Shown: in pieces, positions 26,786 through 35,661 of the stretch
Layout of the letters: each line of letters opens with the position of its first letter
How positions within the stretch are numbered: position 1 is the first letter of the stretch
Virus record (IMG/VR): IMGVR_UViG_3300028585_000498
Span: 1 to 46,134 of that record
Source of the DNA: a virus
Lineage: Duplodnaviria > Caudoviricetes
Reading direction: 5' to 3' (one strand)
DNA length: 46,134 nucleotides
Translations under genes and position numbers: made by a program
The notes under the pieces: generated by a model
Told to the model about the DNA's origin: nothing
Database searches by the model: none
Seen by the model: the letters and a program-made list of their open reading frames with translations, nothing else

Positions 26786-27748
26786 ATGACAGAACTCCTA
26801 AAAAACTTAGAATTAATATCATCGCCTGAAGTTTTCCTAACCATAATAGGTCTAGGATTAACCCTGATAGCTATGCTCTATGCCCTCACTAGATCTAGAG
26901 CATTTACTAATGTCTTATTCAAACTCTCCGGACTTTTCCTATACAATGAGCCGAGCATTTCTCAGTCACGAGGAACGGCCGCAAGAATTGCCGACTTAGA
27001 ATTTCAGCTCATCAATATTCACAAGATGCTTTCAAGCAAAAATATAGAGAGCCGCAGAATAGCAATTGAAGAGGAGCTAACAGAACAGCTATCCCGGAAC
27101 CTCCCAGAGCTTGTAGCGAAAAAACTTGAAGAAACAAAAGCGATCGACACCTCCATTGACTCTGCAATACGAAAAACTATTGAAGAATCGGTTTCAGCTT
27201 TCTTGATCAAACAAGACCCTACGAAACTTCTTCAAGATCGCCGCGAACAGCTCCGTATGATAGAACGCGAAAATCGAGGAAAAATACTCGAAAAAACTAT
27301 CCAGGATCAGATGCTCAGTGCGGGGAGATTGAAAACGGTAATGATCAATCTATTCGTAATGTTCAACATAGGAATTCTACTGACATATCTATTTGCAGGT
27401 GGGACACTAACTGACCGAGCAGTAACGGGAATTATCGGATTATATGTCAGCTTGGCTGCTTTCATCGTTTACATTTACAGAACTTCAAACTTTCGCTCAT
27501 CTGTACTACTTGCCCTCCATGAAGATGCAAAAAAATACTTTGATGCGGAGGACTATATTAGAAGACTTAAGCCTGGAGCATCGCCTAACGATCGGGACGT
27601 AGAAGTGCTTAAGCTTCTTCTCCTCAATCGAGCCGAAAGAGAAAAAATGGCTGATCATCCTTACGAGCTAATTTTAAAGGGCGTTAGCAATTCTAACATC
27701 CAGCTCAAAGGTGGCAAAATGATTAGCTCGGCGAAAGGTGAAAAGTAG
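26786..27748 (+). CDS. Accessory membrane/coiled-coil protein (moron)
   Basis: AT-rich, opposite strand, TM-coiled coil-2TM-soluble tail. Confidence 0.8.
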   Translation: MTELLKNLELISSPEVFLTIIGLGLTLIAMLYALTRSRAFTNVLFKLSGLFLYNEPSISQSRGTAARIADLEFQLINIHKMLSSKNIESRRIAIEEELTEQLSRNLPELVAKKLEETKAIDTSIDSAIRKTIEESVSAFLIKQDPTKLLQDRREQLRMIERENRGKILEKTIQDQMLSAGRLKTVMINLFVMFNIGILLTYLFAGGTLTDRAVTGIIGLYVSLAAFIVYIYRTSNFRSSVLLALHEDAKKYFDAEDYIRRLKPGASPNDRDVEVLKLLLLNRAEREKMADHPYELILKGVSNSNIQLKGGKMISSAKGEK

Positions 27749-27787
27749 AAAAAGCACCATTACAAATCAAATCACACTAATAATGCA

Positions 27788-27820
27788 GTATTAGCTGTCG
27801 TATGTGATGACAGCTAATAC
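27788..27820. terminator. Hairpin between convergent genes
   Basis: GTATTAGCTGTC-N9-GACAGCTAATAC. Confidence 0.6.
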
Positions 27821-27831
27821 CCACGTAAAAT

Positions 27832-28221
27832 TTAAGCGACCTTTAAAATCCCACCTACCGCACAATCAATCCAAGCGGTGCCTGCGCGAGCTAATTCCCT
27901 GGCTTTGCCTTCACTGATTCCGTAGTGCTTACCTACTCGCGCCATAGGCCATTTTGCGCCAAAATAAAGCCAGATAATGTCTCCCATCTGCAGATCACGG
28001 CGAGCCAGTCTTGCAACTGCGTTATCAATGACAATCGCCCGGTCATCGGTAATGCAATAACTGTTGCTTGAAGCTGTTTGTGGCATCACTTGCCGCATCA
28101 GAGCGAATGTCGGGGATATGTAACTAGGTAATCCGACCCCATCCATCCTCCACCATCCCCACTGCTCGAGCAGGTACTCGGTATCTCCCATTGGCCGGCC
28201 TGCCGGCTTGCGAATCATCAT
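27832..28221 (-). CDS. Q: Late antiterminator Q
   Basis: LLEQWGWW, IDNAVARL, C-terminal HTH; last early-right gene. Confidence 0.85.
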   Translation of the reverse strand: MMIRKPAGRPMGDTEYLLEQWGWWRMDGVGLPSYISPTFALMRQVMPQTASSNSYCITDDRAIVIDNAVARLARRDLQMGDIIWLYFGAKWPMARVGKHYGISEGKARELARAGTAWIDCAVGGILKVA

Positions 28222-28225
28222 GCTC

Positions 28226-28546
28226 TTAATCCCCTGTGTAGTTTGTGCCGCCCGCCCCCAGGCGGTTCGCTTTATAGTTTTGACTCTTTAGCCCGTCCAT
28301 CTGGCTCGAACTTTTCAGAGCCAATATTTCACGCTGAGCGTGCTGTAATTTGAAACTCAATTGAGTCACCAACTCGTCGGAAGAAAGCACCAACTTACTG
28401 CCACTAACAACCCAACCTGAACCGTTGCAATCAGTGCAAATCAGCTCATAAAACAGGCCTTTTAATACCGCTTTTCCTTTGCAGATCGAGCAAGGCTCCA
28501 GCTCGATCCGTTCCCGCTTAAAGCTAGGCACTGGCCATTTCTGCAT
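28226..28546 (-). CDS. Zinc-finger hypothetical protein
   Basis: CSICKG and CTDCNGSG motifs. Confidence 0.7.
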   Translation of the reverse strand: MQKWPVPSFKRERIELEPCSICKGKAVLKGLFYELICTDCNGSGWVVSGSKLVLSSDELVTQLSFKLQHAQREILALKSSSQMDGLKSQNYKANRLGAGGTNYTGD

Positions 28547-29831
28547 GTTTTGAAACCTCGCCTATGGTTGTTTCTTCAATGGCCTTGCAGGCCTTATGTT
28601 CTGTGGCTTGCAGCGGATTACCGGAATCTTCAAATCTAAAGCCGGTCAATCCGTGAATCGCCGTAAAGCCTTTCTGATCTAGATGCGCGTGCCACTGCTC
28701 GAGGGCATCACGCTTGCGGCTCATCACGTCCGACTGGATGTAAACCTTCACGTTGTGGCCCATCGCGTGGTTGATCAGCAGCTCACCAATCAGGTGATCG
28801 ATGCCAAGGTCTGCCCAACCGGTGCGCGCCACCTTGCGCAGGTCGTGGCTGGTCCAATCGCCCTGCCCCAGTCGACGAAACACTGCGCAGCCCTGAGCCT
28901 CGCCCAGCGCCTTGCCATTACGTGCCGGGAACAGGCACTGGCCCTCATAGCCTCGAGCGTATTGGCCTTCTCGATACCGGGTCAGCAGCGTGCATACTTG
29001 CTCGGTCAGAGGCAGGTGATGCTCGACACCGGTTTTCGTGTTCTCGGCCGGGATGAACCATTCGCGTTCGGCCAGGCTGATGTGCGACCAGCGCGCCATC
29101 CGGGTTTCACCGATCCGGGTGCCATGGCAGAGCATCATCAGTGCGAGCATCGAATCCAGCGGTGCGGTGCTCATGACTTCGGCCAGTTGCCCGAGCAGGC
29201 CTTCCAACTGAACGCCGCGCAGACGGGACGGCTTTATGCCGACCTTTGCCTTAGAGAAGTCGTTGAACCGGATCGCTGCCATCGGGTTGGACGTGATCAA
29301 CCCCAGCTTGGCCGCCTGCCGGAATGACAAGGCCAACAGTTGGAACGCGGAACGCACGTAGTCGATGGAAACCGTCTCCTGCAGGGGCCACATCAGCAGG
29401 GTGTCGAGAGCTGCCTTGTCGATACCGATCAGGGGCAGCTCGCCGAGGCGCGGTTTCAGGTGGCACTTGATGATCGAGGCGCCGGTGTTTTTGCGTTTGG
29501 TCGACAGATTACGATCGCGGGACATGCGATCAGCGAACCAGTCCAGCAGTTCGCCAACAGCGTTCCACTTCGACAGGCTCGCGCCCTCCCCGGCGGCCAG
29601 ACGCAGCCGAAGCGACGGCAGCGCCGCTACAACCTGTTTGTGAGCCAGCTCGGGGAACGTGCCGATGGCATTCCACTTGCCCTTCAACACCAAGTACCAC
29701 GAGCCACCGGTTCGAGCCTTGTTGAAGCGCAGATACAGGCCCTTATTCTCAATGTCGCGTAAGTCCTGTACGGAGCCGGCCACTTGGCGCTTGATCTCAG
29801 CTTCGGTGATCTTCACCGCGGCGGTACTCAT
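28524..29831 (-). CDS. Second tyrosine recombinase (integrase family) in nin region
   Basis: GTRIGE, NTKT, HDLR, INH, VY catalytic set; N-terminal arm-binding-like GLYLR..SW. Confidence 0.88.
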   Translation of the reverse strand: MSTAAVKITEAEIKRQVAGSVQDLRDIENKGLYLRFNKARTGGSWYLVLKGKWNAIGTFPELAHKQVVAALPSLRLRLAAGEGASLSKWNAVGELLDWFADRMSRDRNLSTKRKNTGASIIKCHLKPRLGELPLIGIDKAALDTLLMWPLQETVSIDYVRSAFQLLALSFRQAAKLGLITSNPMAAIRFNDFSKAKVGIKPSRLRGVQLEGLLGQLAEVMSTAPLDSMLALMMLCHGTRIGETRMARWSHISLAEREWFIPAENTKTGVEHHLPLTEQVCTLLTRYREGQYARGYEGQCLFPARNGKALGEAQGCAVFRRLGQGDWTSHDLRKVARTGWADLGIDHLIGELLINHAMGHNVKVYIQSDVMSRKRDALEQWHAHLDQKGFTAIHGLTGFRFEDSGNPLQATEHKACKAIEETTIGEVSKHAEMASA

Positions 29832-30130
29832 GCGGCCCCCTTAACGGTGAGAATTCCAGCCCTGATCAGGGCTTCGTGGGTTTCGGCGATGGCGCGCGGC
29901 ACGTCCTGCCAGTCGATCTCGCCGGCGGCGCGGCCGTCGATCACGTCGTGGCAAGCGTTGCACGCGTACACCGCCACGGTGTCAAAACCTTTCATGCCCA
30001 TACCCTTCTGCCCGCAAGGCAGATGCGCGAGGACGGTGGTTTCTGGATTGTGATTGCAGATGCCTGGCATCCGGACGGTGCACTCTTGGCCATTTGCCGA
30101 GGCGCGAAGCTTCCTCGAGCTCACTCGCAT
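29828..30130 (-). CDS. DUF1364-like Zn/HNH-type protein
   Basis: LR.SA.GQECTVR.PGIC..TTVLAH..ACNACHD. Confidence 0.8.
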   Translation of the reverse strand: MRVSSRKLRASANGQECTVRMPGICNHNPETTVLAHLPCGQKGMGMKGFDTVAVYACNACHDVIDGRAAGEIDWQDVPRAIAETHEALIRAGILTVKGAA

Positions 30131-30330
30131 GCAGGCTTCCCCGTCACTACGTCGACGACTTCGTAGGTCCCAGGCCACATCCACGAGCCATAACGCTTGG
30201 CCATGGCCTCGTCGGCAAACAGCGCCAGCGCGTGATCAGGCGGCGAACTCAGATCGACCTTGAACGAGCAGCAGAACACTGCGAAGCGATAGGTATCGAT
30301 TTCAGGAACAGCCAGGCGGCGGTCAGGCAT
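30121..30330 (-). CDS. Hypothetical protein
   Basis: 69 aa, overlaps both neighbours as in coupled operons. Confidence 0.65.
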   Translation of the reverse strand: MPDRRLAVPEIDTYRFAVFCCSFKVDLSSPPDHALALFADEAMAKRYGSWMWPGTYEVVDVVTGKPACE

Positions 30331-30988
30331 GACGGGCAGCCCCCGATCTCATGGCGCGCAGCTCGGAGAGCGCTCTGTTTCCGATCTCAGGTGTACGGCG
30401 GCCGTCAACTCGGGCGGGCAATGCCAGCGGCATCTTTTGGAGCGGCAACCCATCGATCAAACGGCGCACGGTGATCACGTAGTTGCGCTCGAACAGCTTG
30501 CGCGCCAGCGAGGTTTCGAGGCGGTTCAGACTCTCGAAACCCGACTCCTTGGCCGTGTGCCAAATCGCATCATGTGACCAGTTCGCTTGGCCGGCCATCG
30601 ACGGATGGACATTGCGGCACGCTTCGCGAAACGCCGTTTCGAGCGGTGGCAGCCCAAGCATTTCAGGCGTGGGCTGGCACAGGTTTATGAACTTGCCTAC
30701 GCTCGGCGCGAAGTCAGAACCAAGCTTCCGGCACTGCTCGATGCCGAAGCGAATCTGCTCGACCTTCGTGATTTTCTCGGCCATGAACGCCTTGGTCCAG
30801 GTGGCTTTCGCGGCGTTGACGGCCTCTTGATCAGGCCAAGCCTGCTTCCACGCCGGGAAGATTGCCATCAGCTCGCGGAACAGTGCGTTGATGACCTGGA
30901 CGGTACCCGCATCCGCCTTCACTGGCGCGACCTCAGCCGACGCCACATTGGGTAACATTTGCAGCACACTCGAAACAGACTTCATCAC
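30323..30988 (-). CDS. Replication protein P-like
   Basis: LF.EL.AIFPAW, F.PSVGKFI..C; follows initiator. Confidence 0.85.
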   Translation of the reverse strand: MMKSVSSVLQMLPNVASAEVAPVKADAGTVQVINALFRELMAIFPAWKQAWPDQEAVNAAKATWTKAFMAEKITKVEQIRFGIEQCRKLGSDFAPSVGKFINLCQPTPEMLGLPPLETAFREACRNVHPSMAGQANWSHDAIWHTAKESGFESLNRLETSLARKLFERNYVITVRRLIDGLPLQKMPLALPARVDGRRTPEIGNRALSELRAMRSGAARHA

Positions 30989-31773
30989 AGACCTCCCAGG
31001 TCATCACCCCAACTGGTGTCGTTGAAATCAGGCTCTTGACCACGACCTGCTGCCTGCACTCGCTCACGCTTCACCCACTGGACCAGGCGGTAGCACCAGC
31101 CGGAGCCGGAATCGAGAGTGTTTGGCTTGGCGCAGTGGAAGCCCTTGAACTTGCGAACCGCTTCGTCAGGGACGCAGTCGGCCGGAAGCCCCGCGATGGC
31201 GATCTGATCCGACAACGCGTTCTCGTTCGGCAACCAAGTCGCGAACATGGAGAAGCGCTGGTGATTATCCCGCGGCTCGATTGCGGCGTTGTTCTGCTCG
31301 GCGATCGCGGCATCAATCTCACGCTGTTGCTGCTCTTCGGTTAATTGATGGTTAAGTGACGGATTGGGTGCAGCCGCTGCACCCCGTCCTGTCTTAGCTT
31401 GCACCCCGTTCTGTTGCGGGTTGCACCCCGTGCCGTCATTTGCACCCCGCTCGGAACGGGGTGCAGCATTTGCACCCCGCAATAATTGGAGGTCGTAAAC
31501 GACTGGGCGTCGGTCATGGCGATCAATGTGAACGGCAGCAATCGCCTGATTGCCCTGCTTGATCAGCCCCAACTTCTCCAGGTCATCTAACTTGTAACGC
31601 ACGGTACGCTCGGAAAGACCGGTGTCCTGAGCCAGGGTGGAAGCTGACGGAAACGCGCCAGTACCGTTCGATCCGGCATAGTTGGCCAGGCACAGCAGAA
31701 CGTGCCGTGCGCTGGCATCCTTGAGAACTTGCGTGGGCAAAGACAGCGCCCATGACATTGCTTGAACGCTCAC
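30985..31773 (-). CDS. Replication initiator (O-like; HTH plus DnaT-like C-terminus)
   Basis: VLLCLANYA..FPS..TLA..TGLSERTV; internal iterons. Confidence 0.85.
   Translation of the reverse strand: MSVQAMSWALSLPTQVLKDASARHVLLCLANYAGSNGTGAFPSASTLAQDTGLSERTVRYKLDDLEKLGLIKQGNQAIAAVHIDRHDRRPVVYDLQLLRGANAAPRSERGANDGTGCNPQQNGVQAKTGRGAAAAPNPSLNHQLTEEQQQREIDAAIAEQNNAAIEPRDNHQRFSMFATWLPNENALSDQIAIAGLPADCVPDEAVRKFKGFHCAKPNTLDSGSGWCYRLVQWVKRERVQAAGRGQEPDFNDTSWGDDLGGL
31341..31479. repeat. Replication origin iterons
   Basis: TGCACCCCG at 31378, 31400, 31422, 31441, 31471, inverted at 31457; AT-rich patch at 31341-31358. Confidence 0.8.
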
Positions 31774-31892
31774 AGCGAGGCTCCGGTATTGAATTCGGCA
31801 AAACGAGATGACATGTGTCGCGATACTTTTTGCGATTGACCAAAACGCGTCGCAGGAATTGAGGGATTACCGGGGGAGACGTTCGTATTCAT
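31770..31892 (-). CDS. 40-aa ORF, possible antirepressor leader remnant
   Basis: MNTNVSPGNPSIPATRFGQSQKVSRH..; GAGGG SD; stop overlaps initiator GTG. Confidence 0.45.
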   Translation of the reverse strand: MNTNVSPGNPSIPATRFGQSQKVSRHMSSRFAEFNTGASL

Positions 31893-31959
31893 AATGGCCC
31901 CTCAATTTTTTGCGTTTTGAAGAAACCGGGTTGCAGCCCGGCTTTTTTGTGCCTGAAAC

Positions 31960-32382
31960 TCAAGCTGCCTTCACCGAGCTTTCGAGCAAATGAAGGCTTT
32001 CGCGTACATGTCCGATCTCAGTGAGAATGTCGGTCTTCTCGCCGGATGAAACGTGCTGGTCATCCAAAGCCTCGTGCACAGCGATGGTCAGATCAGCTAC
32101 TTCCTTGCCGACATGTATCAGCGAGGCAGTCAGCTCTTTGGGTGCCGGCGCATCCTTCGGAACGAGCTCGAAACCGAACTGATCCGCCAACGTTTGCAAC
32201 GGGCGCATGTCTTCGGTGTGCAGCAAAATCCCAAACAGATGCTCAATAGTCAGGTGATGCGCCGCGTTGTCCGGGTTCGAGCGCTGGAGCAAGCTCACGT
32301 GTGCCATGCACATCTTCCCGGCCAACTCCTCTGCCCCACTTTCCTTGACGGTGGTGTGGCAAGCCCTCAAGAAATCTTCCAT
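31960..32382 (-). CDS. cII: CII-like regulator (186/CP76 type)
   Basis: LA.KM......L....NP....H.L motif; follows cro. Confidence 0.75.
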   Translation of the reverse strand: MEDFLRACHTTVKESGAEELAGKMCMAHVSLLQRSNPDNAAHHLTIEHLFGILLHTEDMRPLQTLADQFGFELVPKDAPAPKELTASLIHVGKEVADLTIAVHEALDDQHVSSGEKTDILTEIGHVRESLHLLESSVKAA

Positions 32383-32456
32383 TCGTAAAACCTCAAATTT
32401 GTTTCCGTGGCGTGATGCCAGTGGCGGAGTAGAATTCAACTCATGGATCAGGGCAG

Positions 32457-32636
32457 CTATGGGGCGTCGCTTTTACGCTCCGCTTTGAATTTCCCCTTGG
32501 AAAGGACCTGAATCTGGTACTGGCGGGACTCTGGGATCGTTTCCCCCCACATGGTCACGGCACTTGGATGGATTCCCAGCGCAACCGCTAACTTTTTCTT
32601 GCTGCCGAAATGTTCGGCGACCTCACGCGTATTCAT
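32457..32636 (-). CDS. cro: Cro repressor (not in ORF track)
   Basis: Translated manually: MNTREVAEHFGSKKKLAVALGIHPSAVTMWGETIPESRQYQIQVLSKGKFKAERKSDAP; divergent from cI. Confidence 0.88.
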   Translation of the reverse strand: MNTREVAEHFGSKKKLAVALGIHPSAVTMWGETIPESRQYQIQVLSKGKFKAERKSDAP

Positions 32637-32665
32637 TGCGCATCCTCATTCGAGCGTGCCGCAAT

Positions 32666-32735
32666 TTCAGCATGCTGAAGTTATCGCGTCAACGAAGAAT
32701 TAAGCACTCTGCATACTTAAATTCAGCTAACTTAA
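32666..32735. promoter_or_regulatory. Right operator/PR region
   Basis: TTCAGCATGCTGAA (32666), TTAAGCACTCTGCA (32700), TTCAGCTAACTTAA (32722); minus-strand TTGACG-17-TGAAAT. Confidence 0.75.
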
Positions 32736-32745
32736 TATTGGCGTC

Positions 32746-33396
32746 ATGGAAAGACACGAACGTATTGCCCGAGCCATTGCGCTCAGTGGGAAAAAGAAAG
32801 GGGAAATCGCCGCCCTTTGCGGGGTGGCGAATTCTGCCGTTACTCAATGGATCTCAGGCGAAAGTAAAAGTATTCGGCCTGAAAACCTTTACGCGCTGGC
32901 TAAGGCCACGGGGTTCAGGGCCGAATGGCTTGCAATCGGCGAAGGCGAAGAGGTTGAACCTGATTCGAATGTAGGCGCGGCTCGGCAACCCGTGGAGTCG
33001 TTTCGATATCCGGTTATCAGCTGGGTAGCTGCAGGCGCGTGGGCCGAGGCTGTGGAGCCCTTCCCGCCTGGTTTCTCAGATCGGTACGAGCTCTCCGACT
33101 ATGACTCCAAAGGAACGGCGTTCTGGCTGGAAGTGAAAGGCGATTCGATGACATCGCCGGTTGGCACAAGCATCACAGAGGGAACACTTATCCTCGTCGA
33201 CACTGAGGCAGATGTGCAATCGGGCAAGCTGGTTGTCGCAAAACTCGCCGATAGCGATCAAGCCACTTTCAAAAAGCTTGTTGATGATGGCGGCAGGCGT
33301 TTTTTGAAGCCATTGAATCCCGCGTATCCAACTGAGATGCTGGCCGAAGACTGCCGCATTGTAGGTGTCGTAGTCCGGGCGCTGCAGAAGTTATAG
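32746..33396 (+). CDS. cI: CI repressor (HTH plus S24 autopeptidase)
   Basis: HTH, VAAG cleavage site, VKGDSM Ser, ATFKKL Lys. Confidence 0.95.
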   Translation: MERHERIARAIALSGKKKGEIAALCGVANSAVTQWISGESKSIRPENLYALAKATGFRAEWLAIGEGEEVEPDSNVGAARQPVESFRYPVISWVAAGAWAEAVEPFPPGFSDRYELSDYDSKGTAFWLEVKGDSMTSPVGTSITEGTLILVDTEADVQSGKLVVAKLADSDQATFKKLVDDGGRRFLKPLNPAYPTEMLAEDCRIVGVVVRALQKL

Positions 33397-33424
33397 CCCG
33401 ACTTACTCCCTACCCGCTAACCCC

Positions 33425-33448
33425 AAGCCCGCCAAAAGCGGGCTTTTT
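33425..33448 (+). terminator. Intrinsic terminator after cI
   Basis: AAGCCCGC-caaaa-GCGGGCTT-TTT. Confidence 0.8.
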
Positions 33449-33516
33449 GCTGCCTGAAGACAAAGGAGTACAAATGTACTCCTAAAACCTTGCCAATAAA
33501 CTGCGCTGAAATAATA

Positions 33517-33532
33517 CTGTACATTCATACAG
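33517..33532. promoter_or_regulatory. LexA (SOS) box
   Basis: CTGT-acattcat-ACAG, 19 bp upstream of the ORF at 33552. Confidence 0.85.
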
Positions 33533-33551
33533 CTAAAGGTAAGGAACACCC

Positions 33552-33803
33552 ATGTCTCTACGATCGACCGCGACACCCAGCACCACCACATCTTACGAAC
33601 TCGCCGGCCGGCGCCTCCAGGCACTAATCGCTGCACCGAGTGTTCAGAAGAGAATGGCCGTCACGGTGTCGAGGTTGGAGCACGAGGCCGAGGAAGACTG
33701 GCAGCGACTAATTGACGATATCAGCGAGACTGACGGTGTGATGGTTGAATCTTTACAAGGTGGTGCAATAAAGATCGGGTGGAAACAATACTGTGACGGT
33801 TGA
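33552..33803 (+). CDS. DUF1654-like protein
   Basis: SYE..G.R.Q..I.AP..QK..W..L...I.ETDG. Confidence 0.7.
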   Translation: MSLRSTATPSTTTSYELAGRRLQALIAAPSVQKRMAVTVSRLEHEAEEDWQRLIDDISETDGVMVESLQGGAIKIGWKQYCDG

Positions 33804-33806
33804 AAG

Positions 33807-33830
33807 AAGCCCGCAAGCGCGGGCTTTTTT
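33807..33830 (+). terminator. Intrinsic terminator
   Basis: AAGCCCGC-aagc-GCGGGCTT-TTTT. Confidence 0.8.
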
Positions 33831-33842
33831 ACGACCGATGAT

Positions 33843-33904
33843 TTCAGAATGCTGAATTATTTCTTTAAGCATGCTTGACTGCTTGATTTCAGCTTGCTTA
33901 AATA
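33843..33904 (+). promoter_or_regulatory. Left operator/PL
   Basis: Three TT(C/A)AG-N4-CT(G/T)(A/G)A sites at 33843, 33865, 33888; TTGACT -35 at 33875. Confidence 0.8.
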
Positions 33905-33928
33905 GATTCAAGCCAGTACGCCGGCCAA

Positions 33929-33956
33929 GTAGCGAAAGCTACGCCGTTCTTTAACA
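33929..33956 (+). promoter_or_regulatory. boxB-like GNRA hairpin plus boxA antitermination site
   Basis: GTAGC-GAAA-GCTAC then CGTTCTTTAACA (rrn boxA is TGCTCTTTAACA). Confidence 0.65.
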
Positions 33957-34391
33957 GTCAAAAATCTTCGCGGGTCGATCCCCGACAACGGGAATAGCGC
34001 GAAACACAAATTTCGATCCCCATGCCAGCTCTGGAACTGGCCGGGCTCCCTCATGAGAGCACGCAAAGTTGCACAGCCACCCGATGTGACGCCAGTAGCG
34101 GCAGCGGGCAGAGAGAGGACTCCGGCAGACGTGCAACGAGATATCAATCATCACTGAAGCACCTTCTTGCGAGGGTGCTTTGGGATGACTAAGAGGAGCA
34201 TCTAAATGCTACATTCAGCGGACACCAACGCAAAGTTACCGCGAGTTGGAGCTCCATCACTGGCCTCTCGAATAGGGCCGCGCTTATAACGGTGGTTCAG
34301 CAAGGCGAGCCTGGACTTAGTACGAAAATTACGTTGATGCAACCGAGCAAAGAACTCGACGCGGCGAGCTGCCTGAAGTACGCAACGATCG

Positions 34392-34625
34392 TTACCAGTC
34401 GGACAATAGTTGCTTCATTACGAGCTTTGCCTCTTCCGGTGACTGAGACGATTTCGAAAGAGTTAGACGAATATCTTTCTTCAGGATTCGAATGTCCGTA
34501 ACGCCGTGCCAGAAGCCGTTATCAACAAGAATGGCATCACCAACCTTTATCGGCTCGGCGCTTTCGTAGTACTTCGGGCACGAATCGTCGGAGTCATTCA
34601 GGTACTTCAGTTTGAATTTGCGCAT
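34392..34625 (-). CDS. Accessory hypothetical protein
   Basis: 77 aa, strong AAGGAGG SD, antisense to PL operon. Confidence 0.7.
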   Translation of the reverse strand: MRKFKLKYLNDSDDSCPKYYESAEPIKVGDAILVDNGFWHGVTDIRILKKDIRLTLSKSSQSPEEAKLVMKQLLSDW

Positions 34626-34693
34626 AGCAAGTTCGCCCTCCTTTGCAAGCTGCGTTGTGTGAGAGCGCTCAGCCTAGCGTAAAGCCCGCCAAT

Positions 34694-34736
34694 TGGGCAG
34701 TCGTGAGTAGGCCGTGGCTGTCCGGCACCTATCCTT
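34694..34736. repeat. 43-bp direct repeat, copy 1
   Basis: 40/43 identical to 35662-35704. Confidence 0.9.
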
Positions 34737-34790
34737 TTCACCGGCGGGCGCTTCTACCCGCCATCCTTCAGCACAAATCCAGGAGCTAAA

Positions 34791-35024
34791 ATGACTGACA
34801 CGACACAAGACAGGCGTGGATTTCTATTTGGTATTCGGGTGGGCGAGAAAAACAAAACCTACACGCTGAGCGTGGATGCAGCCTCCCCCTCTTGCGCCAT
34901 AACGGCTCTAAAAACTGCACTGATGAAGCTGGAGGAGGGAGAAAGCCGCTTTGCTGAAGGCGAAAACAACGTGATGCTGATTGGTTGTGTGGCTGCAACC
35001 TCCCGGCATAAATCACATCAATGA
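34791..35024 (+). CDS. Hypothetical protein
   Basis: 77 aa, AGGAG SD. Confidence 0.55.
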   Translation: MTDTTQDRRGFLFGIRVGEKNKTYTLSVDAASPSCAITALKTALMKLEEGESRFAEGENNVMLIGCVAATSRHKSHQ

Positions 35025-35028
35025 CCCA

Positions 35029-35601
35029 CTATTCCGACACCCGCTGCCCAACCAATGTTGGGAGCGGAATCAATATCTCCCAAAGTGGCTCTTCTGCGAG
35101 TTTATAAGGTGATTTCTCACTGGACCAGTAAAGGTGTGCCCGCTGATACAGTTCCAATACAGAGCAATCAGTGCCTAACAGATTCATATCACCACGATGA
35201 ACCGTGCTCTCGGTAATCACCTCGTATATTGAGGCTGATTCTATCTTTCGTTCGCTTTTCTCTTTCGCGAGCAAATCTCTAAATCGCTTCGCGTCACTAA
35301 CATGCTCGCAAGCGAATAGCGACTGATACCGAGATGGCTTTTCCGGGAAAGAACTACGGCGTACCAGCTCAAATATCAGCCCCACTAACAGAGAGTTGCT
35401 CACTCCAGTTAAACTATTCATTACTACTTCAGGATTGTAGAGATAATTGTAGCCGTGCTTGGACAAGCCTTCAGGGTGTATTTGATTGAGGAAATCAGTT
35501 TTCAATGGCGTATCGGGCCTGTAAGAGCCTAGAGATATTTGAGAATAAGGAGCCAGACTTCGCGCGGAATCAACAGTGTAATATTTTGCATTGTTACTCA
35601 T
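35029..35601 (-). CDS. DUF2441-like protein (possible ADP-ribosyltransferase-like fold)
   Basis: FELVRR..FPEKPSR..SLFA, IYEV, H.GDM, YW, WEIL motifs; AT-rich. Confidence 0.65.
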   Translation of the reverse strand: MSNNAKYYTVDSARSLAPYSQISLGSYRPDTPLKTDFLNQIHPEGLSKHGYNYLYNPEVVMNSLTGVSNSLLVGLIFELVRRSSFPEKPSRYQSLFACEHVSDAKRFRDLLAKEKSERKIESASIYEVITESTVHRGDMNLLGTDCSVLELYQRAHLYWSSEKSPYKLAEEPLWEILIPLPTLVGQRVSE

Positions 35602-35661
35602 ATGCTTATCTCGTGTAGTACTGCTTGGTCGAACCTGCAGTCTACGGTAGGACCCGTCACC

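Noticed and set aside
31378-31479. Spaced short repeats resembling a mini-CRISPR
   Set aside because: 9-bp units inside the initiator gene fit iterons; no cas genes
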